Numbered from the whole stretch's first letter, positions 11,944 through 24,410 are shown. The stretch is DNA of 58,546 nt, filler included, from Basidiobolus ranarum (GCA_040143965.1; 8 parts of 8 records of this genome joined end to end with filler, not necessarily neighbours in it); one strand, 5' to 3'. Program-made: numbers and translations. Notes: generated by a model from the letters alone, not told the origin.

Positions 11944-13761
11944 TTAAAAAAAAGAACTGTTGGTGCGATGCGGTTGGGGTGAACCAACCACCGTGAGTTT
12001 CGTGTATTGAGGATGGTGATGGGGATAGAGGTGGTGCTGTTCTTGTAGATACTGTTGCTGACGTTGATAATAGTGGATTATGGAGTCATGGCCAAGCTTG
12101 GGTTGTGTGGATGGTACCGGAATGTGTTCGGGTGAGGGATTGTATCTAGTATTCGCTGCGAAAGAAAGGTACTTATTTCTACCACTTAAAGTCGTTAAAT
12201 CGTCAACCGAAGCAGGACGAGGAACTTGAATCTTTGAATGATTGAATATCAGCATGGGTACTTTGTATTGTCACGATGACCGAGTAAACTTACCAACCTT
12301 TTCTTTTGTTGTACGAGCCAACACATCTCGATAACTATTCATAAATTCCGGCTCTACAGTGAAGCTATGGATCCCATAGCTTTGAAGTATTTCTTGAATT
12401 TTACGTTCTATCGGAGAATAAGATGTTGCGTTGACCACTTTAACTCGTATCGATGCGGCAGTGGTAGCATCTCCCGGCTGCCAAAGATGAAATTCCTGAA
12501 CTGCTAGGATTCCCGGTATCTATGATGAAGAAATGTGAGTTTGCTTGATTATGACATGGCTTACATCTATTTGACTTACCTCATTGATGGAATCCCGAAT
12601 TAGATCAAATGGAATGGCATTGGGTAAGCCTTGCATAAGCATACGGGCCGCTTTGATAACTATTTGTAATGGTAAATGATCTGTGGGCTAGGGAATTCTG
12701 CAACTTCAATACATACCTAAAGGGATGGATGCTACGAGGTGCACCAATGCTATGACTAAACTGTTGAAATGGTTGACGTTAGTACACATGGCATGGGAGA
12801 AGAGGAAGTGAATGCTATACACAGTACCCGCCTATTAGATCGGCAAGAAATCTCCACTGAGACAGGGTACTCCAAGTTATTCCCGAAGTAATCAGAAGTA
12901 CCACGCTTCCGAAAGTAGAGCTAAGTAAGTGGTAAGAGTACCACATTAAATCCCTTTTTCCATAGCTCGTTTGATCCATGCTATTACCGGTTGTAAATGA
13001 AGTTGATTGCTTTGATCGGTCAAACTGAGGTAGAAGCAATGGTGCAGTTTCATCAAATTGACAACTTGGTTGATTAGGCGAGGAAAAGGCAGTGGGGGCT
13101 ATCGAGGAATGTGATTTATCCCGTAGAATACGTCGGAGGTAGAGATATGTACTTTCTATAAAATATATGATGCTTACTTTAGTTGGTCAATTCCCTCTAG
13201 TGGTTAGTTTATGGACTTACCTCGAAATAATAACATCGTTACGATATTGACTAGTAAACTGAGAGCACCAGTTGCGAAAACCAATTGGGGTATCTCCATT
13301 TCTATTCAAAAACCCAGAGAACAAGGTTAGTGATATTCATCTAAGCAAATAAACAAATTCAAATTACCTTTGGAATGAAAGCAACGTTGAATGACATTAA
13401 GGACGACGGCGAAACTTAGAGCAGTCAAAATTATACCATTTAAGAGGGTACCCAAGATCTCTGCACGTTGCCAGCCGTAAGTATATTGAGAAGAATGTTC
13501 ATTTTGCTCGGCAAGCTTATTGAAAAGTAAATTGTCAGCAAAACGCTTCGCTTGTGGTGGTAGTTTTTCCGAAGACATGGGAATGATGGAGCTTACCTTA
13601 CTAGAGTACAGAGTAACATACAAACAAATGGATACACTCAATGAGTGAAAGGACTCAGCAACCAGCGCCAGAGATCCTGAAGCACAGCCTAACAGCACTT
13701 GACCAGAAAAGAAGATCAAGGTAAAAATAAATAACACCTGCAAACAACCTGTGCGTGACAT
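11944..13761 (-). CDS. Cation diffusion facilitator (Zrc1/Cot1/ZnT1-like) with non-canonical metal site, multi-exon
   Basis: SGSLALVAESFH, YTYGWQRAEILGTLLNG, C-terminal domain LMQGLP...IPGILAVQEFHLWQ...YGIHSFTVEPEF. The last exon choice (to 11944) depends on a GTTGGT donor and is uncertain. Confidence 0.85.
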
Positions 13762-14143
13762 TCTATATTAACGGGAGAAAGAGACTTTCCCTTGTGGTAC
13801 CGGTATGTATTTTATTGGATATTGAGTACGAGAACAAAGATAAAATAAATAATGAGAGCGAGGTACTAAATTCATTGCACCTAACTTAGAGTAGACTGGA
13901 TTTAAATTGAGAAAAAAAGAGAATTAATTTATTATCAAAAAGAACGGTCCTAAAATGGGAAATTTAAGTCACATCCTGTCCAAACCTGGTTAATATGCAG
14001 CTTTTATTTTCTGGAATAATTCGATTCGAATAATTATGACTCATAGGAACTCATCTTAGATGCAACTAGCTCCTATACGGAATAGATTGGAGACAGAAAG
14101 GGAATAATACAACAAAAATGGGTGCGATGAATTCAAACTAAAT

Positions 14144-14596
14144 TTACATGGTAATGGGACAGTCAAACGAGATGTTGTTAGTGATTGTAGGCCTGATACC
14201 CAGCCATGAGATTAGTGCTATGTCCAATTCAGCCTTGTAGCTCATGCTCAGAGGTTGACGTGCTCCACCCAATATCCCGCATCTGCTTATTAAATCTTTA
14301 AGAGCTGCTTGACTGTCAGGGTCACTTGCTGTATACAGAAGGTGGAAGGGTAACGGAAAGGTGAGGTCCCCAGTGGCCGGAAATGTCACGGTTTGATTTA
14401 ATGCACCTTTCCCAACGTTTACGCTCTTTCCATTTATGTTGTAGAATCCCTAAACAGTGGAAATAGAAATTCTACTTGGTAACATGTCTTACTAAGGCAA
14501 GAAGAGAACATGACTTACCGTGGCCGTGATGTTGCTTAACTTGATACTGATAAGATTGGGGTTGTGCACCTTAAGTATGAGATCGATGTCTATAAC
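14144..14596 (-). CDS. 3' part of a LEA_2 (NDR1/HIN1-like) domain protein; 5' end lies beyond the segment edge
   Basis: LKVHNPNLISIKLSNITAT / intron / GFY...VGKG...TFP...FPLPFHLLY...RCG...SFDCP pattern. Confidence 0.65.
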
Positions 14597-15713
14597 NNNN
14601 NNNNNNNNNNNNNNNNNNNNNNNNNNNNNNNNNNNNNNNNTTAATTAATTAANNNNNNNNNNNNNNNNNNNNNNNNNNNNNNNNNNNNNNNNNNNNGTAT
14701 TCATTGCAATCGGTGAGTTAGTTTCAAGGTCAGCATATTTTTTGTGTGATAATTATATATTGTTTGTTCTATTTATAAATACTAGATTCTATAAGACACA
14801 AGCTATTGAAAACATGATTGTACTCATTAGATCATCAAAACGCTATTTTTATCCTAAACCTCAATATCTAAGACTATTATTTAGGCTCTGATTAAGGTGT
14901 ACTAAATTATGAAGGAAAACAATTCGGCGAGTGCGGAAATATTTTCATTTCAAACCTGCCCATAAAAAGAGTGAAGCAGTTTTGTTGCTAGTGTGTATTA
15001 GCTGGCAAATGTCACTGAATCTGTGTCCACTATTACACTCTACTACTGAAATGGGTACAGAGTGGGCGCTAAAGGTATTTCAGAAAGAATTAGAGATGTC
15101 TAGAAGAGCAGGATGCAGAGTGGGTTTTGGATAATTTTGCGTTTTCGATTATTTCTCAACATTCCCAAGAAATAAATATTGGAATATTCCTGGTATATAA
15201 TAATACACATTACATATAAAAAATATAACTGATTTATATTTGATTCTCAATTTTCATGTTCAGACAGTTAAATATCTATGCTGAAATAATTTTGGGAATA
15301 AAATCAAACTTCGCATTCAAAATATTGATAAAATACTGGCTTCAATATTCAGAGCCACAATATAGAGATTTTCACTGATTAGGAATGAGGACACTTGCAG
15401 TAACTGAAACTTAATCGAAAGATGTTTCTTCAAGTGGCCTACTCCTGCTAGCAATTGTGGTGGGTGCTGGCTATCAGTAATACAGCTCAATTGCAGTAAC
15501 TGTTCCGCAGGTGATACTGAAATATAACATATACGTGTTGAATTAAGTTCAGTCATAATTATTGACATATAATATATCAGCAATGCTATGCAGAGTGACA
15601 TATTGCTGGAAAACTTTTGAAGAGATATGGTGAGTACCCTACGTGGATAACCCCAATGACTTTATTACGTTTCATATCCATTGTGCTATTAGCAGTTGGA
15701 AAATAGATACCAA

Positions 15714-16946
15714 TTACAAATTGCTTTGATGCTTCACTTTAGTCTCCGCAAAGTGTTGGCGAATCGCCTTACGGATATCAAGAGCGCAGCCGTACGAAAG
15801 ACTGTAGCGAGAGTATCCGTGACCATAGTTATGGAAAACATTTTTACTGTCATCATCACGACCAACTCTTGGATACTTACGACTCTTCTGGGCCCCAATA
15901 TGGAAGTCACTTTCAAGAAGTTCGGCATCTTGCATCTCCGGATAAAGACGATTGCATTTTGTTCGTACTTGCTGAGTGATCTCAGAGACACTGTGCGCCT
16001 CATCGCCATCGTTGCTGTCTGTTTCAGAGTTACCTCCTACCACCACCACTTTATCATTGCGGGGAACGATAAACATATGACGATCGTCACCGCATTTACT
16101 AGTTCCATTCATATACTTGTAGATGGATATACAACTCTTAATCATCGGGAATTTCGCACCGTCGTTTTTAGCATGTACCAGAACGCTACTAGTAGGAACA
16201 ATATTGTTATCATGGCATAGATCTCTGGATGCTAATCCAGCACAATTGACAATAACATCGGCACTAAACATATCAAGTAGATTCTCCTCTTCATCCAAGA
16301 TGCTTCCCACCACTTCGAACTTCAGGAGTCGGACGCCAAGTTTTGCAACGTCTTTCTTTAGCCATTTGAGATATGACTTGGGATCGATTACGTAAGAAAA
16401 GTATTCGTAACCGTCTAAGAGCTTGTAAGATTCCTCTCCATTGGTATTAATACGATACTTCTCGACTAGATGCTCTACGCCGCGGTAAAAACCATCACAA
16501 TGTTCTTTAATTTCCAACATCTTCAGCTTGGCCGATTCATCAATATTCTCAATCTTTTTATCAAATAAAAAGCAGGACATACGTGAGCGGACACCGGTGA
16601 CATCTGCACCGTACTTTGCGTGCAGTTCCTCAAATTTTACATAAGATGGCTGACACCAACGCTTATAGTTTTCATATTCACTTTGATGGGATTTACTAGA
16701 TCCGTAGACAGAGGGTGCCCATTCCCATAAACCACCGGCCATTTCGGAAACAATCTTTTCTTTACCAGGCTTAGTGGGGGCAAACTGCTTAGCGATGACA
16801 GTTACTTTACATCCCGCTTCTCGTAAAGCCCAGGCAGTAGTAAGGCCAGACACGCCCCCTCCAATGACAAGGACATGTGGTATCTTGCCATCTGAACGTA
16901 CAATCTTCTCTTTGCAGTAAAGGTCTCCTGGATTCATTTGAGGCAT
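15714..16946 (-). CDS. FAD-dependent oxidoreductase, D-amino-acid oxidase family, divergent paralog (410 aa, intronless)
   Basis: VLVIGGGVSG dinucleotide-binding motif, AGGLWEW, IVNCAGL, FIVPR, HNYGHG; C-terminal SNL. Confidence 0.92.
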   Translation of the reverse strand: MPQMNPGDLYCKEKIVRSDGKIPHVLVIGGGVSGLTTAWALREAGCKVTVIAKQFAPTKPGKEKIVSEMAGGLWEWAPSVYGSSKSHQSEYENYKRWCQPSYVKFEELHAKYGADVTGVRSRMSCFLFDKKIENIDESAKLKMLEIKEHCDGFYRGVEHLVEKYRINTNGEESYKLLDGYEYFSYVIDPKSYLKWLKKDVAKLGVRLLKFEVVGSILDEEENLLDMFSADVIVNCAGLASRDLCHDNNIVPTSSVLVHAKNDGAKFPMIKSCISIYKYMNGTSKCGDDRHMFIVPRNDKVVVVGGNSETDSNDGDEAHSVSEITQQVRTKCNRLYPEMQDAELLESDFHIGAQKSRKYPRVGRDDDSKNVFHNYGHGYSRYSLSYGCALDIRKAIRQHFAETKVKHQSNL

Positions 16947-17484
16947 TTTGGTAGTGAAGGAATATTCGGTGAGCTTTGAAGCTTGAGTATATTAACTGCA
17001 TTCAGTACCGACACTCTTATATATTGCTAAATTGGACGTCTATCTCGCTAATAATCTAACCCTGAGTATAATAACGTAGCACAGCACTTTCTCCTCAAAC
17101 AGCAACCGGCAGGCAGCCTGTTTAGAGTTGCTAACTGTATGATCATTATTCTAATTGAAGCAAGAATTGATCGTGGATGGCTTAGCTTAGTATTTGATAT
17201 CTATATATGATATGTATAGCTATAGAATATAGCACAACGAATCGTTGCACTTTCATGGTTGATCTACCACCAAATTGCTTAGTGTTTAGTATTATAAATT
17301 TAGCAGATTTTCTGTCTTATCGCACGGGACTTTTTTAATAATATTTGATAACAGTTTAGGTTTGTAAACGCCAGTGATACTGAATTTAATATGCATGGTT
17401 TTTTCTTATAACATAAATTGCGCTTATAACATCAGTTAAGCTTACAATACCAATTAAGTTAAAGTAAAAATAGCAATCCATTGT

Positions 17485-18732
17485 TTACAAATTACTATGA
17501 GGTCTGAATTCTCCTTCAAAGTACTTCTTGACAATCTTACGAATATCTAATGAACATCCATACGATAGAGTATAGCCAGATCCTCCGTGACCATAATTGT
17601 GGAATATTCTAGGATCTTTCTCATCCTGACCAACACGAGGTTCATCACGGAAGGGACGAATGCCAACACGGTGGTAGTAATCGGTAAACTCTGCCTTTGC
17701 TAACTCTGGATAAAGGTTCACACAGCCATCTTTCATTTTCTTGAGATAGTTGTGCTTCTTCTCATTCCAATGGTGCTTTTCTTTGCCCATTTGGGCATAG
17801 CCTCCAAGAATAAGGATATCATCATTTCTCGGGACGATAAACTCAAATCTTCCTTCTTCTGCCTTTTCTTTCTCTTCAGCACTAGCATTCAAGTCGGCAT
17901 CGCGCTGAGCGATGGAAATACAGCTTTCGATCTTCTTAAATTTCTTTCCATCATTCTTGGCATGAATAAGAATTCCACGTAGTGGCTGCATTTTCTTGTC
18001 ACCGCATAATTCTCTAGCACTCATCCCGGTGCAGTTAATGAGAATGTCAGCCTTATAGCGCTGCAATAGGTAAGGTGTTTCTTTATGAATAGAGTCCTCT
18101 AACACGCCGTGGAGAAGTGCCACATTCTTCTTCTCAACTAATGCTTTTAACCAGTGAAGATACTGCTCAGGATCGACGACATAAGATAGATGTTCGTAAG
18201 CGTCCACAATATTAAAGCCCTTTCTGTCGATATTTGCGTTTAAGTTGTATTTTTTAATCAAACCTGGTACATCGTTGTTAAATCCATCGCAAATCTTGGC
18301 GATTTCTTGCTTCTTCTTCAATCCTTGGCCAGTTAGTTCCCGTTCGAATAAAAAGCATGACATCCGTTTGCGTATTCCAGTCTTATTAGCACCATGCTTA
18401 TCGGCTAGATCTTTAAATTGTATGTAGGATATTTGGCACCATCTTTTTAAATTTTTTAACTGCTCATCGGTATCCTTTCCATGAGAACCGCACACGGCTG
18501 GTGGCCATTCCCATAAAGCTCCAGCAATCTCCGAGACGATTTCATTATCCTGAGGTCCAAGCTCTGTATATTGCTCAGCAACTACGGTGACTTTACACCC
18601 GGCATTGCGTAAAGTCCAAGCAGTAGTTAGCCCTGATACTCCTCCGCCAATGATAAGAACATGCGGTTTGGTACCATCGGAGCGAGTGATTGTCTCTTTC
18701 TTGTAGAGATCCCCAGAATTCATAGATTGCAT
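17485..18732 (-). CDS. D-amino-acid oxidase family flavoprotein (415 aa, intronless)
   Basis: IIGGGVSG, AGALWEWPPAVCG, INCTG, PLRG, FIVPR, VGIRPFR, HNYGHGGSGYTLSYGC; C-terminal SNL (PTS1-like). Confidence 0.95.
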   Translation of the reverse strand: MQSMNSGDLYKKETITRSDGTKPHVLIIGGGVSGLTTAWTLRNAGCKVTVVAEQYTELGPQDNEIVSEIAGALWEWPPAVCGSHGKDTDEQLKNLKRWCQISYIQFKDLADKHGANKTGIRKRMSCFLFERELTGQGLKKKQEIAKICDGFNNDVPGLIKKYNLNANIDRKGFNIVDAYEHLSYVVDPEQYLHWLKALVEKKNVALLHGVLEDSIHKETPYLLQRYKADILINCTGMSARELCGDKKMQPLRGILIHAKNDGKKFKKIESCISIAQRDADLNASAEEKEKAEEGRFEFIVPRNDDILILGGYAQMGKEKHHWNEKKHNYLKKMKDGCVNLYPELAKAEFTDYYHRVGIRPFRDEPRVGQDEKDPRIFHNYGHGGSGYTLSYGCSLDIRKIVKKYFEGEFRPHSNL

Positions 18733-20342
18733 CTTGCGGTGTCAAGTCGAGTACTATATAAACTTGGAGGGAATATAGTGGTTCTTCATCATTATATACG
18801 TCAGATAACGTCTTCCCCCCGTTGCATTCATACCTTTTTTGAGAATACCCCTTAAATGATGACAAGTTAAATTACCAGTTATTTGTTTGTGCTCTTTGCA
18901 CGGATCACACTGCTCCGAGCAATAGGTGATTGATGGCTTAGCAAGTGGTGGTAAGGTTAGTGGATCTGATCAAGATAGATGCAATGTGAGTTAGGATTTA
19001 CCAAGTACTACTCAATATGTTGAATTATTACTTCCAGTAGAATCTACAAAATCTATCCTAACACGTTATAACCAGCTATGTAGAGTGAATGTTCCATTTC
19101 TCATTTCGGGTGTTAATAGCCAATAAACATAATTATTAAGTAAGTTTGGGACATTAATAAAGGATCACTTTTTGCTTTCTGACTATAAGCTCTCTAATTA
19201 CCCCAAAATAGATTCTCTGTATCAGTACTATTATACCATTTTGAGTGGTTCTAAATTTTCTCTCACTTTTTCAATTACGAATTGCTGCTTGTATAAATAT
19301 CTCAGTTATCAGCATGAGGTTGGAAATAGTACTGACTGTTCACGTACCCTCAAAGAGGAAGACGTTTCAGGTTACGATGCAAGTCTATCCATTACTAGAT
19401 TGGTGGTATGGGTAAGGGTACTACACGCAATCACGATCAGGTTAAAGTCTCGGTAAACATTAATTATGCACTATCGGCCGCATTTTCTGCTAATGATACT
19501 GAGTAATGAAGTTTTCTCTTGATCTCTAGTAAAACTCGTGGTACCCACATCATAGAACTCCAATGGCTATTTGTAATATAGTGATAATTATGACGTTGAA
19601 GAAAGATTGAAAAGATCCTGTTGGAATATAGTTCCATCCCTTTTCCTGGCTTTCAAGGATCCTTGAACATCTGATAGCGAGCCAGCAAATATCCAAAAAC
19701 GATGATTCTCGAAAAACAACTCGATTGTGTGGTGAGTGATGCTTTGTGCAAGGGCTTGATTTCTGAGCAATATCCTGCACGGATCAGAAAATTAGAATGA
19801 CAATAGTATACTTCGTTAAACAAATATATGCCCAGATACACCCTTATACTCTGACTCAACCACTGGCTCTTGAAGCACTTTTTGGCTTGTAGGATTGCTT
19901 GAATGTCGCCTGAGGATATTTGATACATATTTACTTCATTTTACCTTAGGGGGATGAAAAGCACCAGAAGGTGTAATCTTTATTTATCTCAAGTCATACA
20001 ACACAAATAAATAAAGAAGCCAAGATGAAAGCAAAAGTCAAAGGTTAATCTAATTAATACTTGTTTAGTGCAGCTTCCCAAACCTCATCGTATAAGATAA
20101 AAGTTTGGGGATGAAGAACCTTAGCTTGGGAAATATAGAAGTCTCTCATAAATTTTGTAATAAGCGGAGAGGGGGAATTTCTTCAAAGTGAAGTAAATCT
20201 TTCAAACTGAGTGTCCTTTAGAGAAAAAGGAGCATAAAGTGATGTACCAGCATTTTCTTTGAAGTGATGATCAATTGGCTCCCAATCAAACCTATCATGT
20301 ACTTCCTCAGAGAATTCTGAGACAATACTCTTTTCAAGTATA

Positions 20343-20691
20343 TGTTAAAGTATTTGGGAGCCTGTTGGAAGTGGTTTGGAGAATTAGAGGAATTGATGTT
20401 TTTCACTTATTGATTTTTTGAGTAAAAAGTTGACTTTTATAGTTTTGTCAAGATGTAAGCAAAGTAACATGTAGATTGTGTCAATGAAGGTCCCAGGAAT
20501 ATGTGTGCCAAGTTTGAGGCTTATAGCACAAGTTTGAAAAAATCTATATAACTGAGAACTTTTAAGTGGGTAAAAATATTCAAACTAAATTCCAATTGAG
20601 AATAGTGGATAATATTATAGTGAATTATCAGATAACTAAGTACCAAGTAATATATGACTATATAGATGTTCAGGCAATGCTAATTTCAACA
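20343..20691 (-). mobile_element. 3' LTR of a Ty1/copia element (TG...CA), preceded by polypurine tract AAGGGAGAG (20692-20700)
   Basis: TGTTGAAATTAG...TTTAACA lies directly after the PPT and the RNase H stop; this anchors the ~350-bp repeat family as a copia LTR. Confidence 0.92.
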
Positions 20692-20702
20692 CTCTCCCTT
20701 AA

Positions 20703-21362
20703 CTAAATAGTCATATAAACTAATCCTAATAAAGTTCTAAATTTCTCAAATTTCTGTCTAGCTAATGGTAAGGTTAATATATCAGCAATCATGTCTTCCG
20801 TAGAACAATAAGTTAAGTCAATAAATTTATTCTCTATAGTCTCTCTAGTGAAGTGATGCTTAATATCTATATGTTTGGTTCTATTATGAAATGTGTGATT
20901 TTGAGCTAATTTGATACAATTTTGATTATCTTGAAATATTGTAGTTGGTGGATTTTGTGAATAACCTAAATCTGTTAGGTGTTTCCTTAACCATATTACT
21001 TCTTTTGTTGCTATACATGCAACCATGTATTCTGATTCTGTTGTTCAAAGTGCTATGGTAGGTCGTTTCTCTGAATTCCAAGAAATAGCTCCATTATAGC
21101 AAAGAAATAAGTATCCTGTTATAGATCTCTTGTCTTCAATATCTCTTCCCCAATTTGCATCTGAATATCCCAACATATCAAAATTTGATCCAGAATTTAT
21201 GTATTTTAAGCACAGACCCACAGTAAATTTCAAATATCCAACAATTGGCTTAATGTCTATGTTTTGATCATATCCACAATTTTGAAGATATTGGTACATA
21301 ACTCCCACAGAATATACAATATCTGGCCATGTTCTAACCATGATATACATCAAACAACTAAC
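20703..21362 (-). mobile_element. Ty1/copia RT C-terminus and RNase H relic
   Basis: LMYIMVRTWPDI, GYSDANWG.D..DKRSITGY, GAISWNS, TIAL*, IFQDNQ, FHNRTKHIDIKHHF, MIADILT; contains a stop. Confidence 0.95.
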
Positions 21363-22031
21363 TGTTGAGTCCAAGAGAAAAGCAGATGAAAAGTCTTGAA
21401 CTTTAATGAACCAAAGAAACAATTAAGTACAGAATCTTAGAACTGTTTAAGAAGGATATATTAACAAAGCAGATCTAACTAATATATGTCTTGGGAATAG
21501 CAGTGGGTTGCTATGTTACAGTAGAGAGTAGGTTTGCTAGGCAGCTTGGCTTGGTGTTCTGTAGATGTTAGTGGATACTATTGAAGTTTATTGTCCTTAT
21601 CATATTTGTGTTGAAGTTTATTGTCTTTATCATAATTGTTATCTCTATCTTTATACACCTAACTATTTCATATATCACATATAAGTTAGTTAACATTACT
21701 TAGTCAAATATCACTTAGCTGAAAATCGGAACACATATTATATATATATATGTGAATAATGTGAAAATTAGCAATTACATATTGGAAATTTCAAACTCAT
21801 TCAAATTGCCCCAAAGATAGACCATTTTACTCCCACAGATGTTCTGAACACAACCCCAGTGTTAGTTTTCTGTATTTCCACCAAAAAGTAAAAATGCTTT
21901 ATTTCTGGACAATAAACAATAATCTCACAAANNNNNNNNNNNNNNNNNNNNNNNNNNNNNNNNNNNNNNNNNNNNTTAATTAATTAANNNNNNNNNNNNN
22001 NNNNNNNNNNNNNNNNNNNNNNNNNNNNNNN

Positions 22032-22792
22032 TCTTGATCAAGTACTAAAGCTTCTTTGATCAAAAACAACTGTAAACTCAACCAGTAGTGTCTTGACAAG
22101 GATGCACTTAAAGCAATTATCCAAAGGTGGAAGGTACCTTTGCCTTAGCAGGGAAGCTTGGGAAAGATGGGGAATAAGAAGGAAGCCAACCTTGGGGGGT
22201 TTCAAGGTTGGAGAACAGGGATGGAGGGAAGTCTACAGGCAAGTATAAGTAGTCTGATCAAACTGTCACAATAAGGAACTGGACAAGGACTGGGAACAAT
22301 GACAAGAGGCTAGAAGGCAGGAGAGTACTTGGGTGTAGACCACAAGACAAGACAAGACTGGACAAGGAAGATACTTTGGCAAGAATCTTTATTGATAACT
22401 GGCATTGATCAAACTGAGGTCTGATCAAGGAATACATGGGGCTAATATAGATATTGCAAGGTGAAACATAATATACTTAATAGGGAATAAACTGTGGCAA
22501 GTTCAACAGTCGGGGTGTTGGGGACTACAAGGACCAATACAAAGAGGGATGAAGTAAGGATGATCAGGTGACCTTCCATGGAAGGTCTTGGCAGAAATAC
22601 ACTATGTGTCGGATGACATGATTGGTTAGGTTTCATGGAATGTTCCAAACAACATGATTTCCATATAAGGTTATCTGGATGAACTGACACTAGATTGCCA
22701 AGAAGGGATGGCCCAGCAGATATGATGTCATAATCTAATAATACAGAAGTTCTATTGGAGTGGATTGGTATGCCAAGATCAGAATCATGACA
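22032..22792 (-). mobile_element. Ty3/gypsy 5' LTR (22264-22792, TGTCA...TGACA) plus leader, inserted into a copia gag
   Basis: Homologous to 25430-26105, which precedes a gypsy gag; interrupts the copia gag reading frame at 22792. Confidence 0.8.
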
Positions 22793-23345
22793 AGTGTTTC
22801 CTCACCATTTTGGATGATTTTGACTGATTGTATGTGTCTCAATTGAGAGTCTCTGGGATGTAGACAAAGTGTTGAGAAAGCTTTCCTTTGCTTCTTGTGA
22901 AAGGCAAGGATAGCTTCTGGTGGTCCCTTTGGCTTTATTTCTTCTCCTGAAACAAATCCGCAAAGGCCCTTATCTGTGAGCACCATTTGCATCTTGAACT
23001 TCCAAAGATGAAAGTCTTTACCATCAGACTTCTCTGTAGAGGCAAAGACTTTCATAATAGTACTTGCAGTCACTCCTTAAATGGATAGCTTGGGGCTCAT
23101 AACCTGATAATTTTTTAGGGGACTTGGAAGTGTTTTGAATAAGATTTGGATTTGTGAATAAGACACTTGTGTTTTATTAAATTGAGTATTTCATTTGTAT
23201 AGTTTACAATGAAAGAGGACTATTGGACATGCTTAGATCACAACAAACCTGCCTGTGAAGCATGGGTGAAAATTTGAGATGATTTGGAGAGGTTTTGAGA
23301 AAATAATGAAAATTGGTAAAAGTAATCTAATTGATATTTCTAACA
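22793..23345 (-). mobile_element. Ty1/copia 5' end: LTR (23105-23345), PBS GGTTATGAGCCCC (23092-23104), gag N-terminus
   Basis: LTR TGTTAG...TTATCA abuts a copia-type PBS; gag EKSDGKDFHLWKFKMQMVLTDKGL.GFVSG. Confidence 0.88.
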
Positions 23346-24162
23346 ATGAGAGCAATAAACACATTTTTTTGAATGGCAGAAATGAGTGCTAAATAATCAG
23401 AATATAAGTAAACTAACTACTAAGTAATGTGATGCTATTTACCTAATTTCTACATAAAATTTCCAGTTTATCTAACACCTGGCACCTCTCAACAAAGCCA
23501 AAACACCAGCAAGTAAAACTCTTGGCTCTCCAGCCTCAACTGGTATTATAAAGATTTTAGAATTAGCCCCAAACTTACAGGCCGGCACAAAGCTGAACAA
23601 ACACCACAAAGCACCCTCAGTAGTATTACATTACAAGGATGTACAAACATAGTCAAAGTGCCTGGGGAGTTTTTTCAAAAGTATGATGGGAAAAATATAG
23701 TGCAAGTAAGCAGAAAGTGGCTGTATAGGAAGAACATTTGACTTGACAATTGGTCTGGTGTTGACTGTGCAGATATCTGGGAAGAACTTAATACAGAGTG
23801 GCACAGTATCAGAGGGTATCCACCAGATAGCTGGAATAATGTTGATTCAGGAATGCTAATATAATGGTGTGCTTTGCTGGAGATAGTGATACAAGCTTTT
23901 GTTAGTTATGAGCTTAACCTCGGGTATGAAGAACTCTTTATAAGTATTCAGGACAATATATCAAAGAAACTAAGAATTTCAAAGGTGACAAATTAGCCTT
24001 TAGGTGGCAAATGTGTAAAATTTGAGTTACACTTTTTGCATATGTGTTGATCCATAATTCTCTGAGATTGTAGCCAATCATGGGTGTCCTGGTTTGATTC
24101 TGACAAGATTGCAAGCACTGCTTGAGTCAATCTTTGTAAATATCTTGGCTGCAGCAAGCTGA

Positions 24163-24410
24163 TCCAAGAATTTATAGATGGATGGAAAAGGGTTTAGGAT
24201 TGAGTAATCTGGGGTTACAGAAATTAGTTAGGGAGAGAAGAGAGGAAAGATCTCAAATCAAGAATCCCAGAATTTATAGATGGATGGACAAGGGTTCAGG
24301 ATTGATTAATCCAGGGTTAGAGAAATTAGATAGGGAGAGAAGAGAGTAAAGATCTGAAATTAAGAATCTCAGAGATTATAGATGGATGGACAAGGGTTTA
24401 GGGTTAGGGT
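24163..24410. repeat. Degenerate ~102-bp tandem repeat, about 2.4 copies
   Basis: AGAATTTATAGATGGATGGA(A/C)AAGGGTT recurs at ~24167, ~24269 and ~24371. Confidence 0.8.

Noticed and set aside
15696-18427. Plus-strand ORFs overlapping the DAO genes
   Set aside because: Antisense shadows without motifs.
19440-19930. Overlapping minus-strand ORFs upstream of the DAO pair
   Set aside because: No motif; possibly a decayed gene but unsupported.
21363-21695. Additional TG...CA LTR interrupting the copia RT, with an internal ~30-bp duplication
   Set aside because: No TSD and no second copy in the window, so it cannot be supported.
20343-23345. One full-length copia element spanning LTR-gag ... RT-RNaseH-LTR
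   Set aside because: The halves are on different concatenated segments and the two LTRs differ in sequence and length.
24163-24410. CRISPR-like repeat array
   Set aside because: Whole ~102-bp units repeat with no unique spacers; eukaryotic TE context, no cas genes.
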